DNA of 52,713 nucleotides from assembly GCA_035562895.1 (NCBI GenBank), contig DATMVT010000141.1, positions 1-52,713 on the forward strand. Direction: 5' to 3'. Below the pieces are notes generated by a model. That model had not been told where the DNA came from and searched no databases. It saw only the letters and a program-made list of their open reading frames with translations. The position numbers were made by a program, and so were the translations under genes. Source of the DNA: Patescibacteria group bacterium (GTDB taxonomy: Bacteria; Pseudomonadota; Gammaproteobacteria; Xanthomonadales; Ahniellaceae). This document shows positions 9,607 to 20,096 of the stretch, piece by piece. The first letter of the stretch is position 1, and every line of letters begins with the position of its first letter.

Positions 9607-9638
9607 AAAAACAAAGGGCCGCGATCGCTCGCAGCCCT
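9607..9638 (-). terminator. Rho-independent terminator downstream of tRNA-Phe
   Basis: On the minus strand there is a 10-bp stem with one mismatch (plus strand agggccgcga / tcgcagccct) and a 4-nt loop. It is followed by the U-rich tract TTTGTTTTT. Confidence 0.7.
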
Positions 9639-9649
9639 CTGCTTCTTCA

Positions 9650-9725
9650 TGGTGGCCAGGGAGGGAATCGAACCCCCGACACGGGGATTTTCAATCCCCT
9701 GCTCTACCAACTGAGCTACCTAGCC
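9650..9725 (-). tRNA. tRNA-Phe (anticodon GAA)
   Basis: The minus strand reads GGCTAGGTAGCTCAGTTGGTAGAGCAGGGGATTGAAAATCCCCGTGTCGGGGGTTCGATTCCCTCCCTGGCCACCA. It is 76 nt and folds by hand into a full cloverleaf, with T-loop TTCGATT, anticodon loop TTGAAAA and an encoded CCA. Confidence 0.95.
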
Positions 9726-9766
9726 GTGAATTTGGATGTCGCTCCGCCGTGCGGCGAAGGGCGCGA

Positions 9767-9795
9767 ATTAAAGCCGCGGGCGGCGGATTCGTCAA
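9767..9795 (-). promoter_or_regulatory. Candidate sigma70 promoter of tRNA-Phe
   Basis: The minus strand reads TTGACG, a 17-nt spacer, then TTTAAT. A GC-rich discriminator (tcgcgccc) follows. The -10 element ends about 41 nt upstream of the mature tRNA 5' end. Confidence 0.5.
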
Positions 9796-10063
9796 GCGCA
9801 ATCTGCGCGACCGCAGGGACACGCGCGACCATCTTCGCGGTTTCGGGCCGTGCAAATCGATTCACAGAATGCGGCGTCGCACAAACGAAAGTTTCAAACA
9901 GATGTTTACAACGTGACGGAAGTCTGATTTCATTCGCCCCGCGGTGACAGGGGGAGGACCTCGCCGCACTCGAATCCGACGAACGCGACCGCGACGGGCA
10001 GCAGGGAATGCCGACTCGCGACGGTGACAGCGCGTCCACGCAATTCGATCGGGAGGAACACAC

Positions 10064-10915
10064 GTGCACAAACTTGCTGCCTGCATCACGCTGGGTCTGG
10101 CTTCACTCGCCGCACAGGCGAACACCGGGGTCGCATTCGTCCACGGCACCGGAAAGCAGACCAATGCGCTGGCCGACTACTGGACCAGCGAAAACGTCAA
10201 CTCGATCCGCCAGGGTCTGCCGAACACCGCGAATTACACCGTGATCAACTGCGACTTCACGCAGTACATGTGGAATTCGGCGGCGGCGGGCTGCCTCGCC
10301 GGCCAACTGAGCACGTTCATCAGCAGCAAGGGCATCACCGACCTCGTCGTGATCACGCACAGCAACGGCGGCAACGTCGTGCGCTGGATCATGTCGAATC
10401 CGACCTACGACAGTCGCTATCCGAACATCATCTCGAAGATCCGCTGGGTGAATGCGCTTGCGCCCTCGTCCGCCGGCACGCCGCTGGCCGACGCCGTCAT
10501 GGCCGGCAATGTCTTCGAGTCCGCGCTCGGCTGGTTGATGGGCTACAAGAATGACGCCGTGCGCATGCAGCAGACCAGCTGGATGGCGACCTACAACGCC
10601 AACAACCTGTATGGCACCGCGGGTCGCCCGGCGTTGCCGAAGGGGTTCTGGTCGGTGGTCGGCACCGATGTCGACTCGGCGATCTGGGACGGTGATTCGT
10701 ATTGCGGTGGCTACACCGAGAACCTCGGTCTCGAAACCACGCAGAATTGGCTGAATTCGTGTTCCGACGGTTTCCTGAATTGCACCAGCCAGGCGGCCGC
10801 CGGCAAGGTCTGGTTCTACGACACCAGCCGCATGGCCGGCAGCGAGCCGCTGTCGCACAACCAGAGCCGTCGCAAGTGCTTCGGCCTCGACGTGATCCTG
10901 CGTAACGACGTCTGA
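10064..10915 (+). CDS. Secreted alpha/beta-hydrolase, lipase/esterase-like
   Basis: GTG start preceded by GGAGG. Signal peptide MHKLAACITLGLASLAAQA. Oxyanion-type VAFVHGTG. Nucleophile elbow VVITHSNGGNV (small-lipase type xHSxGG). Several Cys pairs are consistent with an exported protein. Confidence 0.7.
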   Translation: MHKLAACITLGLASLAAQANTGVAFVHGTGKQTNALADYWTSENVNSIRQGLPNTANYTVINCDFTQYMWNSAAAGCLAGQLSTFISSKGITDLVVITHSNGGNVVRWIMSNPTYDSRYPNIISKIRWVNALAPSSAGTPLADAVMAGNVFESALGWLMGYKNDAVRMQQTSWMATYNANNLYGTAGRPALPKGFWSVVGTDVDSAIWDGDSYCGGYTENLGLETTQNWLNSCSDGFLNCTSQAAAGKVWFYDTSRMAGSEPLSHNQSRRKCFGLDVILRNDV

Positions 10916-10929
10916 GCGAGGAGCCCAAC

Positions 10930-12165
10930 ATGACCACCAAGACCCTTCTTTCGATTGCCCTCGCCTGCGCGCTCAGCGGCGCCGCCGCAGCCGCACGCTT
11001 CGAAACCGACGTCGCGTTCGAGCGTGACGCGAACGATCTCGTCCCGACCACGCTGGTTTCGGCCAAGGCCGCGATGCTGCCGGGCATGAACCTCGAACGG
11101 CAGACGGTGCACTTCAGCTGGGCGCTGCCGACCGACCAGAAGATCGAAGCGCAGCAACCCTTCGTGCGCGAAAGCAAGGAATACTGGACACGCGTTCCGG
11201 GTGCCGAACTCGCCAAGGGCATGACCGTGCGCACGACATCGACCGGGGCGCTGATCCGCCTCTCGCCGGTGTCGGGTGACGCGAAATCGGTGCTGCCGAT
11301 TTCGGCGGACGACGTCGTCATCACGGCGCTCGGCAAAGCCCTCCAGGGCCGCGACGCGATGGCGAATGCGGCCAACGACGCCGAACTGAAGATGGCGGGT
11401 ACCGACTTTCCGGACGGCACACTGGCGTTCCAGTTGCGCGACGACATCGGCCCGGGTGCGATCACCCTGTCGATGCCCAAGGCTGCGGGCGATTATCTGG
11501 TCCACGTCTACGAGCCGAACAGCAGCGAGATCCTGAAGCTGACGATGGATCGCATCGTCGCCAGCCACGGCCAGACCTACAAGGTGTTCGCGAGCTACAA
11601 CGGCAACGAGGCGCTGGACCGCATCGACGGACTGGTCAGCGCACCCAATGGCGCCACGGTCGAACTGGGCTTCAAGCGCGCCGCCGATGGTCGCTATGTC
11701 GCCGAACTCGCGCATGACGCACTTGCCGGCGCTGGCCCGGGCCTGTGGGAAGTGCATGCCTTCGCCTCGGCCAAGGGCGCATCGGTCCAGCGCGATGCCA
11801 AGACCGCGTTTTCGTCCAGCATTCCGCGTGCACAATTGGGCGCGGGTGCGAAAGCCGTGCTGAACGACGATGGCTCGCTGTCGATGTCGTTCAAGCTGCG
11901 CGTCGCCGCCGAAAGCCGTTTCGAAGTGCGTGGCACCTTGTATGGCATGGATGGCGGCAAGCTGCGTCCGGCCGCTCAGGCCAGCACCGCGGCGATGCTG
12001 AAGCCCGGCAACGGCGCGCTGGAATTGGTGTTCGACGCCGCAACGATGGCCAAGGGCGGCGTCAGCGGCCCGTACCAATTGCGTGACCTCACCCTCATCG
12101 ACCAGGCCGACCTGAGCACGGTCGAACTGCGACGTGCCGGATTGCGCGTGGCGCTCGATCGCTGA
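10930..12165 (+). CDS. Secreted protein of unknown function (possibly DUF4785-like)
   Basis: Signal peptide MTTKTLLSIALACALSGAAAA, RBS GAGGAG, beta-rich composition and no catalytic motif that I recognise. It starts 14 nt after the lipase stop. Confidence 0.55.
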   Translation: MTTKTLLSIALACALSGAAAAARFETDVAFERDANDLVPTTLVSAKAAMLPGMNLERQTVHFSWALPTDQKIEAQQPFVRESKEYWTRVPGAELAKGMTVRTTSTGALIRLSPVSGDAKSVLPISADDVVITALGKALQGRDAMANAANDAELKMAGTDFPDGTLAFQLRDDIGPGAITLSMPKAAGDYLVHVYEPNSSEILKLTMDRIVASHGQTYKVFASYNGNEALDRIDGLVSAPNGATVELGFKRAADGRYVAELAHDALAGAGPGLWEVHAFASAKGASVQRDAKTAFSSSIPRAQLGAGAKAVLNDDGSLSMSFKLRVAAESRFEVRGTLYGMDGGKLRPAAQASTAAMLKPGNGALELVFDAATMAKGGVSGPYQLRDLTLIDQADLSTVELRRAGLRVALDR

Positions 12166-12187
12166 TCGCCTCCCTGAACCGTGAACG

Positions 12188-12213
12188 AAAAGCCGGGCAT
12201 TGCCCGGCTTTTT
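12188..12213. terminator. Bidirectional Rho-independent terminator between the unknown secreted-protein gene (+) and folP (-)
   Basis: aaaaGCCGGGC att GCCCGGCttttt: a perfect GC-rich stem flanked by an A-tract and a T-tract. Confidence 0.8.
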
Positions 12214-12222
12214 CATGTGCGA

Positions 12223-13140
<918 letters not shown>

Positions 13141-13438
13141 GGACGTTTCCTCGCTGCGAGGTCATCACGATGCCGATCCGCGGGCACCCAGGCAAGCTCG
13201 GCGCTGACCGACTTGCGGCCAGACGGCCCACGCAGTTAGACTTCCGCGGCTTTGTCGGCTCGTTCCGGCAGCACACGGCAATCCTGCCGAATCCGCACAC
13301 GCTTCGTCACCCGGACTGGGGTGCCCTTTCGCTCGCGAACGGGGTCGGTCCGGGCGGAAACGTGGAGGTCCAACCCCGAAACACGATCCGCAAGTCTCTG
13401 CACGAGAGACGGTTGTGTTTCTAGCCAAGGAGTTCACC

Positions 13439-14371
13439 ATGCCTCAAGTCACCATGCGCCAGATGCTCGAAGCCGGCGTTCATTTCGGTCATCAGACCCG
13501 ATACTGGAACCCCAAGATGGCGCCGTACATTTTCGGCGCGCGCGGGAAGATCCACATCATCAATCTTGAAAAGACGATGCCGCTGTTCACGGACGCGATG
13601 AATTTCCTGTCCGGCATGGCCCAGAAGCGCGGCAGCGTCATGTTCGTCGGCACCAAGCGCTCGGCGCGCGAAGCGGTGAAGGTGGAAGCCACCCGCTGCG
13701 GCATGCCGTTCGTGACGCACCGCTGGCTCGGCGGCATGCTGACGAACTTCCGCACGGTCCGTCAGTCGGTCGCCCGCCTGAAGGAAATCGAAGCCATGCA
13801 CAGCGACGGCAGCTTTGAAAAGCGCGTCAAGCATGAAGTGCTGTCGCTGAAGCGCGAGCAGGAAAAGCTGGAACGCTCGCTGGGCGGCATCAAGAACATG
13901 AATTCGTTGCCGGACGCACTGTTCGTGATCGACGTCGGCCACGAAGAAATCGCGATCAAGGAAGCGCGCACGCTCGGCATTCCGGTCGTCGCCGTGGTCG
14001 ATACCAACTACGACCCGTCGCTCGCCGACTACATCATCCCGGGCAACGACGACGCGATCCGCGCCGTGCAGCTCTACGCCGCTGCCGCCGCCGATGCGGT
14101 GCTGGAAGGCAAGGCCGCCGCGCCGGCGATCCCGGCGAATGCCAAGGACGAGTTCGTCGAGCTCGACGCCGCCGGCAATCCGGTCGCGAAGGAAGACGCT
14201 GGCCGTCGTCGCGACGACCGCGGTGGCCGCAACGATCGCAACGACCGTGATCGCAAGCCGGGCGCTCCGAATCGCCGTGGCCCGGGTGGTCCGGGCGGTC
14301 CGGGTGCGAAGCCGGGCGCCAAGCGCGCGCCGTCGCGCGGCCCGAAGCCCGACGCCCCGAGCGCCGAGTAA
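13439..14371 (+). CDS. rpsB: 30S ribosomal protein S2 with an extended low-complexity C-terminal tail
   Basis: AAGGAG RBS 7 nt upstream. [27 protein letters not shown] is canonical S2. The protein is 310 aa and ends in an Arg/Asp- and Pro/Gly-rich tail. Confidence 0.95.
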   Translation: MPQVTMRQMLEAGVHFGHQTRYWNPKMAPYIFGARGKIHIINLEKTMPLFTDAMNFLSGMAQKRGSVMFVGTKRSAREAVKVEATRCGMPFVTHRWLGGMLTNFRTVRQSVARLKEIEAMHSDGSFEKRVKHEVLSLKREQEKLERSLGGIKNMNSLPDALFVIDVGHEEIAIKEARTLGIPVVAVVDTNYDPSLADYIIPGNDDAIRAVQLYAAAAADAVLEGKAAAPAIPANAKDEFVELDAAGNPVAKEDAGRRRDDRGGRNDRNDRDRKPGAPNRRGPGGPGGPGAKPGAKRAPSRGPKPDAPSAE

Positions 14372-14416
14372 GTTCAGCCCGGCCGCGACTCCGATCGCGG
14401 CAGCGCAATGGATCCT

Positions 14417-14446
14417 GCGCGGCGGAGCTCCCGCCGCGCTTTTTTT
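14417..14446 (+). terminator. Intrinsic terminator/attenuator in the rpsB-tsf spacer
   Basis: GCGCGGCGG agctc CCGCCGCGC (9-bp perfect stem) followed by TTTTTTT, 19 nt before the tsf ATG. Confidence 0.7.
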
Positions 14447-14464
14447 GAGCATCGAGAGGAAGTC

Positions 14465-15337
14465 ATGGAAATCACGGCAAGCATGGTCAAGGAACTGCGC
14501 GAGCGTTCCGGCGTCGGCATGATGGAGTGCAAGAAGGCGCTGGCCGAAAACGGCGGCGACATCGAGACGGCGATGGAATGGCTGCGCAAGCAGGGGCTCG
14601 CCAAGGCCGACAAGAAGGCCGGGCGCGTTGCCGCCGAAGGCCGCATCGCCATGGCCGCCGAAGGCAACAAGGCGGTGATGGTCGAGATCAACTCGGAAAC
14701 CGACTTCGTCGCCAAGGACGAGAACTTCGTCAAGTTCTGCGACCTCGTCGCCAAATCGGCGCTGACCTCGGGCGCCACCGACATCGACGCGCTGAAAGCC
14801 GTGGCAGCCGAAGGCAGCACGGTCGAAGAGCTGCGTTCGGCGCTGGTGCTGAAGCTCGGCGAGAACATCCAGTTGCGTCGCATCGTCGCACTCTCCAGCG
14901 ACGGCATCGTCGGCGCCTACGTGCATGGCGGCCGCATTGGCGTGCTGGTCGACCTCAAGGGCGGCAATGCCGACCTGGCCCGCGGCGTCGCCATGCACGT
15001 CGCTGCCATGAATCCGCCGCACAACAAGGCGAGTGACGTTCCCGCCGACTTCGTCGCGAAGGAAAAGGAAATCGAACTGGCGAAGATGTCGGAGAAAGAC
15101 AAGGCCAAGCCGGCCGAGATCCTCGAGAAGATCATCGGCGGCAAGGTCGCCAAGATCATCAACGAGAACACCTTGTATGGCCAACCCTATGTCGTCGATA
15201 CGAACATGACGGTGGAAGCCGCGCTCAAGGCGGCCAAGGGCGACGTGACCTCGTTCCATCGCATCGCGGTAGGCGAAGGGATCGAGAAAGTCGTCGAGGA
15301 CTACGCCGCCGAAGTCGCGAAAGCGATGCAGGTCTGA
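14465..15337 (+). CDS. tsf: Translation elongation factor Ts
   Basis: [44 protein letters not shown] is the canonical EF-Ts N-terminus. It lies downstream of rpsB. Confidence 0.95.
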   Translation: MEITASMVKELRERSGVGMMECKKALAENGGDIETAMEWLRKQGLAKADKKAGRVAAEGRIAMAAEGNKAVMVEINSETDFVAKDENFVKFCDLVAKSALTSGATDIDALKAVAAEGSTVEELRSALVLKLGENIQLRRIVALSSDGIVGAYVHGGRIGVLVDLKGGNADLARGVAMHVAAMNPPHNKASDVPADFVAKEKEIELAKMSEKDKAKPAEILEKIIGGKVAKIINENTLYGQPYVVDTNMTVEAALKAAKGDVTSFHRIAVGEGIEKVVEDYAAEVAKAMQV

Positions 15338-15343
15338 CCAGAA

Positions 15344-15370
15344 AGGGAGCGGCGACGCTCCCTTTTTCTT
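15344..15370 (+). terminator. Rho-independent terminator after tsf
   Basis: AGGGAGCG gcga CGCTCCCT followed by TTTTCTT. Confidence 0.75.
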
Positions 15371-15418
15371 GCACGACTCTCCCGCCACGCGCCCCTGCAT
15401 GACTCAAGGACCCGAACC

Positions 15419-16162
15419 ATGACCGACGCGCCGAACCCCGTCCAGCCGATCCAGTACCAGCGCATCCTCCTCAAGCTCAGCGGCGAAGCGCTGATGGGCA
15501 GCGAGTCCTACGGCATCGACCCGAAGGTGCTCGGGCGCCTTGCGGACGAAATCATCGAAGTCGTGCGCACCGGCGTGCAGGTCGGCGTCGTGATCGGTGG
15601 CGGCAACATTTTCCGCGGCGCCGGATTGGCGGCGGCAGGGATGGATCGCGTCACCGGTGACCACATGGGCATGCTGGCAACGGTCATGAACGCGCTGGCG
15701 ATGCAGGACGCCATCGAGAAGCGCGGCGTCGTGGCACGCGTGATGAGTGCGATCAAGATCAACGAAGTCTGCGAGGACTACATCCGCCGGCGCGCCATCC
15801 GCCACCTCGAAAAGAGCCGCGTCGTGATGTTCGCGGCCGGCACCGGCAATCCCTTCTTCACCACCGATTCCGCGGCCGCCCTGCGCGCGGTCGAAGTCGG
15901 TGCGGAATTGCTGCTCAAGGCGACCAAGGTCGATGGCGTCTACAGCGCCGATCCGAAGAAAGACCCGTCCGCGACGAGATTCGACACGCTGAGCTACGAA
16001 GACGTGATCACCCGCAACCTGGGCGTGATGGATACAGCCGCCATCGCCCTGTGTCGCGATCACGGCATGCCGCTGCGCATCTACGACATGCACCGCGCCG
16101 GCAACTTGATGCGCATCGTCCGCGGCGAGCAGATCGGTACCCTGGTGACGCGCGCCGGATGA
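15419..16162 (+). CDS. pyrH: UMP kinase
   Basis: [40 protein letters not shown] and [11 protein letters not shown] motifs. Confidence 0.95.
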   Translation: MTDAPNPVQPIQYQRILLKLSGEALMGSESYGIDPKVLGRLADEIIEVVRTGVQVGVVIGGGNIFRGAGLAAAGMDRVTGDHMGMLATVMNALAMQDAIEKRGVVARVMSAIKINEVCEDYIRRRAIRHLEKSRVVMFAAGTGNPFFTTDSAAALRAVEVGAELLLKATKVDGVYSADPKKDPSATRFDTLSYEDVITRNLGVMDTAAIALCRDHGMPLRIYDMHRAGNLMRIVRGEQIGTLVTRAG

Positions 16163-16686
16163 GCGTGCCGGTCCTGCGCACGGCCAAGCGCGCCGATGCG
16201 CCGGCCCTTGCCGACTTGGCGCGCCGCTGTTTCACCGCGACTTACCGGTCCACGCACGACGCGGACCGCATTCGCGTCCATTGCGCCAGCGTGCTCGGCG
16301 ACGCCGAGGTAAGCCGCTGGTTCGACGGCGACGCGACGCGGATCATGCTCGCGCACGTCGACGCCGAACTGCTCGGCTTCGTGCAATGGCAGGCGGCGAC
16401 GGCACCGGTGACGGCGCGGCACGCGATCGAACTGAAACGACTTTATGTCGATGCCGCGGCCCAAGGCGGCGGCCTCGGGCAACGCCTGTTCGATGTCGTG
16501 CGCGATGCGGCCATCGACTGCGGTGCCGATCTTCTCTGGCTGTGCGTCTACGCCGGCAATCTCCGTGCCCGACGCTTCTATGCCCGCCAGGGCATGGTCG
16601 CGATCGGCCAGGTGCCCTATACCTTCGTCGACCAGGTCGAAGACGACCTCGCGCTCGGCCTGCGCCTGCCTCCGGCACCGCCCTGA
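16159..16686 (+). CDS. GNAT-family N-acetyltransferase
   Basis: Acetyl-CoA binding motif A in [20 protein letters not shown], followed by [13 protein letters not shown]. The ATG overlaps the pyrH stop (ATGA). Confidence 0.75.
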   Translation: MSVPVLRTAKRADAPALADLARRCFTATYRSTHDADRIRVHCASVLGDAEVSRWFDGDATRIMLAHVDAELLGFVQWQAATAPVTARHAIELKRLYVDAAAQGGGLGQRLFDVVRDAAIDCGADLLWLCVYAGNLRARRFYARQGMVAIGQVPYTFVDQVEDDLALGLRLPPAPP

Positions 16687-16739
16687 ATCCGCGAGGCGCG
16701 GCTATACTCCGCGCCTTCCCCACGATCCGAAGTACCGAC

Positions 16740-17297
16740 ATGATCGCGACCATCAAGCAAGACGCCGAAACCCGCATGAAGAAGAGCATCGAGTCACTCA
16801 AGACCGACCTCTCGAAGCTGCGTACCGGGCGTGCCAGCACCACCCTCGTCGATCACCTCAAGGTGAACTATTACGGCTCCGAGATGCCGCTGAACCAATG
16901 CGCGGCCGTCGCCGTCATGGACTCGCGCTCGCTCACGATCACGCCGTGGGAAAAGCAGATGGTGGCGCCGATCGAGAAGGCCATCCTCGCGTCCGATCTC
17001 GGCCTGACGCCGAACACCGCCGGCACCGTCATCCGCATCAACCTGCCGCCGCTCACGGAGCAGCGTCGCAAGGAACTCGCCAAGCACGTCTCGCACGAAG
17101 GCGAGAACACCAAGGTGGCGATCCGCGGTGTGCGCCGCGACGCCATGCAGCACGTCAAGGACCTGCTGAAAGACAAGCAGATCAGCGAGGACGAGGAACG
17201 CAAGGCCGAGCAGGACGTGCAGAAACTCACCGACAAGTACGTCGCCGACGTGGATGCGGTCTGCAAGACCAAGGAACAGGAACTGATGTCGCTCTGA
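16740..17297 (+). CDS. frr: Ribosome recycling factor
   Basis: MIATIKQDAETRMKKSIESLKTDLSKLRTGRAS...INLPPLTEQRRKEL is canonical RRF. Confidence 0.95.
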   Translation: MIATIKQDAETRMKKSIESLKTDLSKLRTGRASTTLVDHLKVNYYGSEMPLNQCAAVAVMDSRSLTITPWEKQMVAPIEKAILASDLGLTPNTAGTVIRINLPPLTEQRRKELAKHVSHEGENTKVAIRGVRRDAMQHVKDLLKDKQISEDEERKAEQDVQKLTDKYVADVDAVCKTKEQELMSL

Positions 17298-17314
17298 GCG
17301 GCGAAGCCTGCCGC

Positions 17315-18067
17315 ATGAGCATCATCGATCCGGCGATCGCCGTCCAACGCCTGCCCCGTCACGTCGCCATCGTCATGGACGGCAACGGTCGCTGGGCCGA
17401 AGCCCGACATCGTCCGCGCACCTTTGGCCACCACGAAGGTGCCAAGGCGGTGCGAGCGACCGTGGAAGCCTGCGTTCGCAGGCACATTCCGGTGCTGACC
17501 CTGTTCGCGTTCTCCAGCGAAAATTGGCGTCGACCGGCCGAGGAAGTCGGCACCTTGATGGACCTGTTCATGAAGGCGATCGACCGCGAGGTCGATGAGT
17601 TGGTCGCGAACGGCGTGGCCGTGCGCTTCATCGGCGATCGCAACGCGTTCGCACCGGCCCTGCGCGCGCGCATGGACCAAGCCGAACGCAAACAACCGGA
17701 AAGCGTGCGCCTGACGCTGAACGTCGCGGCGAATTACGGCGGTCGCTGGGACATCGTGCAGGCCACGCGCCGCATCTTGGACGGCGTTGCCGGTGGCGGA
17801 ATCGATGCGGCGACGATCGACGAATCCGTGTTCGACGCGCATACCTGCCTCGCCGACTTGCCGCCGCTGGATCTGTTCATCCGCACCGGCGGCGAACACC
17901 GCATCAGCAACTTCCTGCTCTGGCAACTGGCTTACGCGGAACTTTGGTTCAGCGACGTGCTGTGGCCGGACTTCGATGCCGCGACGCTCGACGCGGCACT
18001 GGCCGACTATGCCCGGCGCGAGCGCCGCTTCGGTCGCACCGGCGCGCAATCGGGGACGCCGGCATGA
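17315..18067 (+). CDS. uppS: Undecaprenyl diphosphate synthase
   Basis: HVAIVMDGNGRWA, LTLFAFSSENWRRP and RTGGEHRISNFLLWQLAYAEL motifs. Confidence 0.95.
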   Translation: MSIIDPAIAVQRLPRHVAIVMDGNGRWAEARHRPRTFGHHEGAKAVRATVEACVRRHIPVLTLFAFSSENWRRPAEEVGTLMDLFMKAIDREVDELVANGVAVRFIGDRNAFAPALRARMDQAERKQPESVRLTLNVAANYGGRWDIVQATRRILDGVAGGGIDAATIDESVFDAHTCLADLPPLDLFIRTGGEHRISNFLLWQLAYAELWFSDVLWPDFDAATLDAALADYARRERRFGRTGAQSGTPA

Positions 18068-18918
18068 ACAACGTCGATCTCCCTGCCCCGAAGCCGGCCG
18101 GCGGACTGCGCGAACGGGCGATCACGGCGGTCATTCTGGCGCCGATCGGCATCATCGGCGTCATGCTGCTCCCGCAACTGTGGTTCGCGATCGCGCTGGG
18201 ACTGCTGTTTCTCGTCGGCGTGTGGGAATGGACCCTGCTTTCCGGCTGGCGCAGTGCATCCGTGCGCATCGCCCTAGTCGCGGCGCATGTGCTGATGTTT
18301 GCCAGCGTCTGGTTCGGCAGTGACCAGGCACGACTCCAGACCATCTGGTGCGGAGTCGCATTCTGGCTGCTGGCACCCTGGTGGTTGCGCCACTACCACT
18401 TCGGCGCACAGGCACGGAAGCGTTCCCTGCTGATCAAGTCGGTCGCCTGCGCACTCGCGATCGTGCCGGCGTGGACTGCCGCCATCGTGCTGCACGGCGG
18501 TGATCGTGGCGCCGGCTGGGTCATGTTCGTCCTGCTGCTGGTCTGGTGCGCGGACACCTGTGCCTACTTCGCGGGTCGGCGCTTTGGCACCACCAAACTG
18601 GCGCCGAACATCAGCCCCGGCAAGACCACCGCCGGCGTCTACGGCGCGCTCGCGGGATGTACCGTGTATGCCGCGACGGTCGGACATCTTGCATTCGATG
18701 TCGCGATGCCCAGCCTGCCGGCATTCGTCGGACTGTGCATGGTCACCGTGGTGTATTCGATCGTCGGCGACCTGCTGGAGAGCCTGATCAAGCGCCATTC
18801 GCAGGTGAAGGACTCGGGGACGCTGTTCCCCGGCCATGGCGGCGCGCTCGACCGCTTCGACTCGATGTTCGCGGCGCTGCCGATCTTCGTCGCCGGACGC
18901 CAGATCCTCGGTCTATGA
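18064..18918 (+). CDS. cdsA: Phosphatidate cytidylyltransferase
   Basis: Polytopic membrane protein with the C-terminal signature [33 protein letters not shown]. The ATG overlaps the uppS stop. Confidence 0.9.
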   Translation: MNNVDLPAPKPAGGLRERAITAVILAPIGIIGVMLLPQLWFAIALGLLFLVGVWEWTLLSGWRSASVRIALVAAHVLMFASVWFGSDQARLQTIWCGVAFWLLAPWWLRHYHFGAQARKRSLLIKSVACALAIVPAWTAAIVLHGGDRGAGWVMFVLLLVWCADTCAYFAGRRFGTTKLAPNISPGKTTAGVYGALAGCTVYAATVGHLAFDVAMPSLPAFVGLCMVTVVYSIVGDLLESLIKRHSQVKDSGTLFPGHGGALDRFDSMFAALPIFVAGRQILGL

Positions 18919-20096
18919 AACAGGTGGCCGTCCTCGGTGCGACCGGCTCGATCGGCGCCAGCACACTCGATGTCATCGCCCGCCACCCGGACCGGTTCCG
19001 CGCGAGTGCATTGAGCGCGCACCGCGATGTCGATGCGCTGCTCGACCTGTGCACGCGTTTCCGGCCCGATGTCGCGGTCGTCGCCGATGCGTCGCGACTG
19101 GATGAGCTTGCCGCCGGACTGAAGTCACGCAATCTCGATACCGACGCACTGGCCGGCCATGACGCACTCGATGCAATCGCCGCCGACACGTGTTTCGACA
19201 CCGTCGTCGCGGCCATCGTCGGCGCTGCCGGCCTGTCGTCGACACTGGCGGCGGCGCGCGCAGGAAAACGCCTGCTGCTGGCCAACAAGGAAGCCGTGGT
19301 GATGTCCGGCGAATTGCTGGTCCGCACCGCGCGCGGCCATGGCGCGACGATCATTCCGCTCGACAGCGAGCACAACGCCATCTTCCAGTGCCTGCCACGC
19401 GACGACGCGCGCACCCCGGAAGCCGCCGGGGTGACGCGCCTGATCCTCACCGCATCCGGCGGCCCGTTCCGTGGTTGGCCACGCGAGCGCCTGCGCTCGG
19501 TCTCGCCCGAGCAGGCCTGCGCACATCCGCGCTGGAAGATGGGGCGCAAGATCTCGGTGGATTCCGCGACCTTGATGAACAAGGGGCTGGAAGTGATCGA
19601 GGCGCAGCGACTGTTCGGCATTGCCGCGCAGCGCATCGAGGTGCTGGTGCATCCGCAAAGCATCGTGCATTCGCTGGTCGAATACGCCGATGGCTCGCAA
19701 TTGGCCCAACTCGGCTCACCGGACATGCGCACACCGATCGCGCATGCCCTCGCCTGGCCGGAACGCATCGAGGCCGGCGTCACCCGCCTGGATCTCGCCG
19801 CCGCCGGAAGACTCGACTTCGAAGCACCCGATCACGATGCCTTTCCCTGCCTCTCTCTGGCGTTTTCGGCCTTGCGTGCCGGCGGCTCGGCACCGATCGT
19901 GCTGAATGCCGCGAACGAGGTTGCCGTTGCAAACTTCCTGGCCGGCCACATCGGATTTCTCGACATCGAGCGCGTGATCGACCACTGCCTTCAGCATTCT
20001 GTTAACGAGGCGGCCGATACACTCGAGCACATCGTCGACATCGACCGCACGGCGCGCGCTGCAGCTGCCGAAGCGCTTCATGGATGGAAAGCATGA
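18915..20096 (+). CDS. dxr: 1-deoxy-D-xylulose-5-phosphate reductoisomerase
   Basis: [66 protein letters not shown]. Confidence 0.95.
   Translation: MKQVAVLGATGSIGASTLDVIARHPDRFRASALSAHRDVDALLDLCTRFRPDVAVVADASRLDELAAGLKSRNLDTDALAGHDALDAIAADTCFDTVVAAIVGAAGLSSTLAAARAGKRLLLANKEAVVMSGELLVRTARGHGATIIPLDSEHNAIFQCLPRDDARTPEAAGVTRLILTASGGPFRGWPRERLRSVSPEQACAHPRWKMGRKISVDSATLMNKGLEVIEAQRLFGIAAQRIEVLVHPQSIVHSLVEYADGSQLAQLGSPDMRTPIAHALAWPERIEAGVTRLDLAAAGRLDFEAPDHDAFPCLSLAFSALRAGGSAPIVLNAANEVAVANFLAGHIGFLDIERVIDHCLQHSVNEAADTLEHIVDIDRTARAAAAEALHGWKA

Noticed and set aside
9588-9710. N-terminal 41 codons of ORF 8766..9710 (MVEQGIENPRVGGSIPSLAT...).
   Set aside because: This segment is the reverse complement of tRNA-Phe and its terminator read as protein. 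The real CDS most plausibly starts at ATG 9587.
7600-9725. A genomic island integrated at tRNA-Phe.
   Set aside because: There is no integrase and no direct repeat of the tRNA 3' end that I could spot downstream. The flanking genes do not stand out in composition. I cannot fully exclude it without a repeat search.
10930-12165. The idea that the protein downstream of the lipase is a lipase-specific foldase (Lif).
   Set aside because: Lif chaperones are membrane-anchored and largely alpha-helical. This protein has a cleavable-looking signal peptide, a beta-rich composition and no Lif-like motifs.
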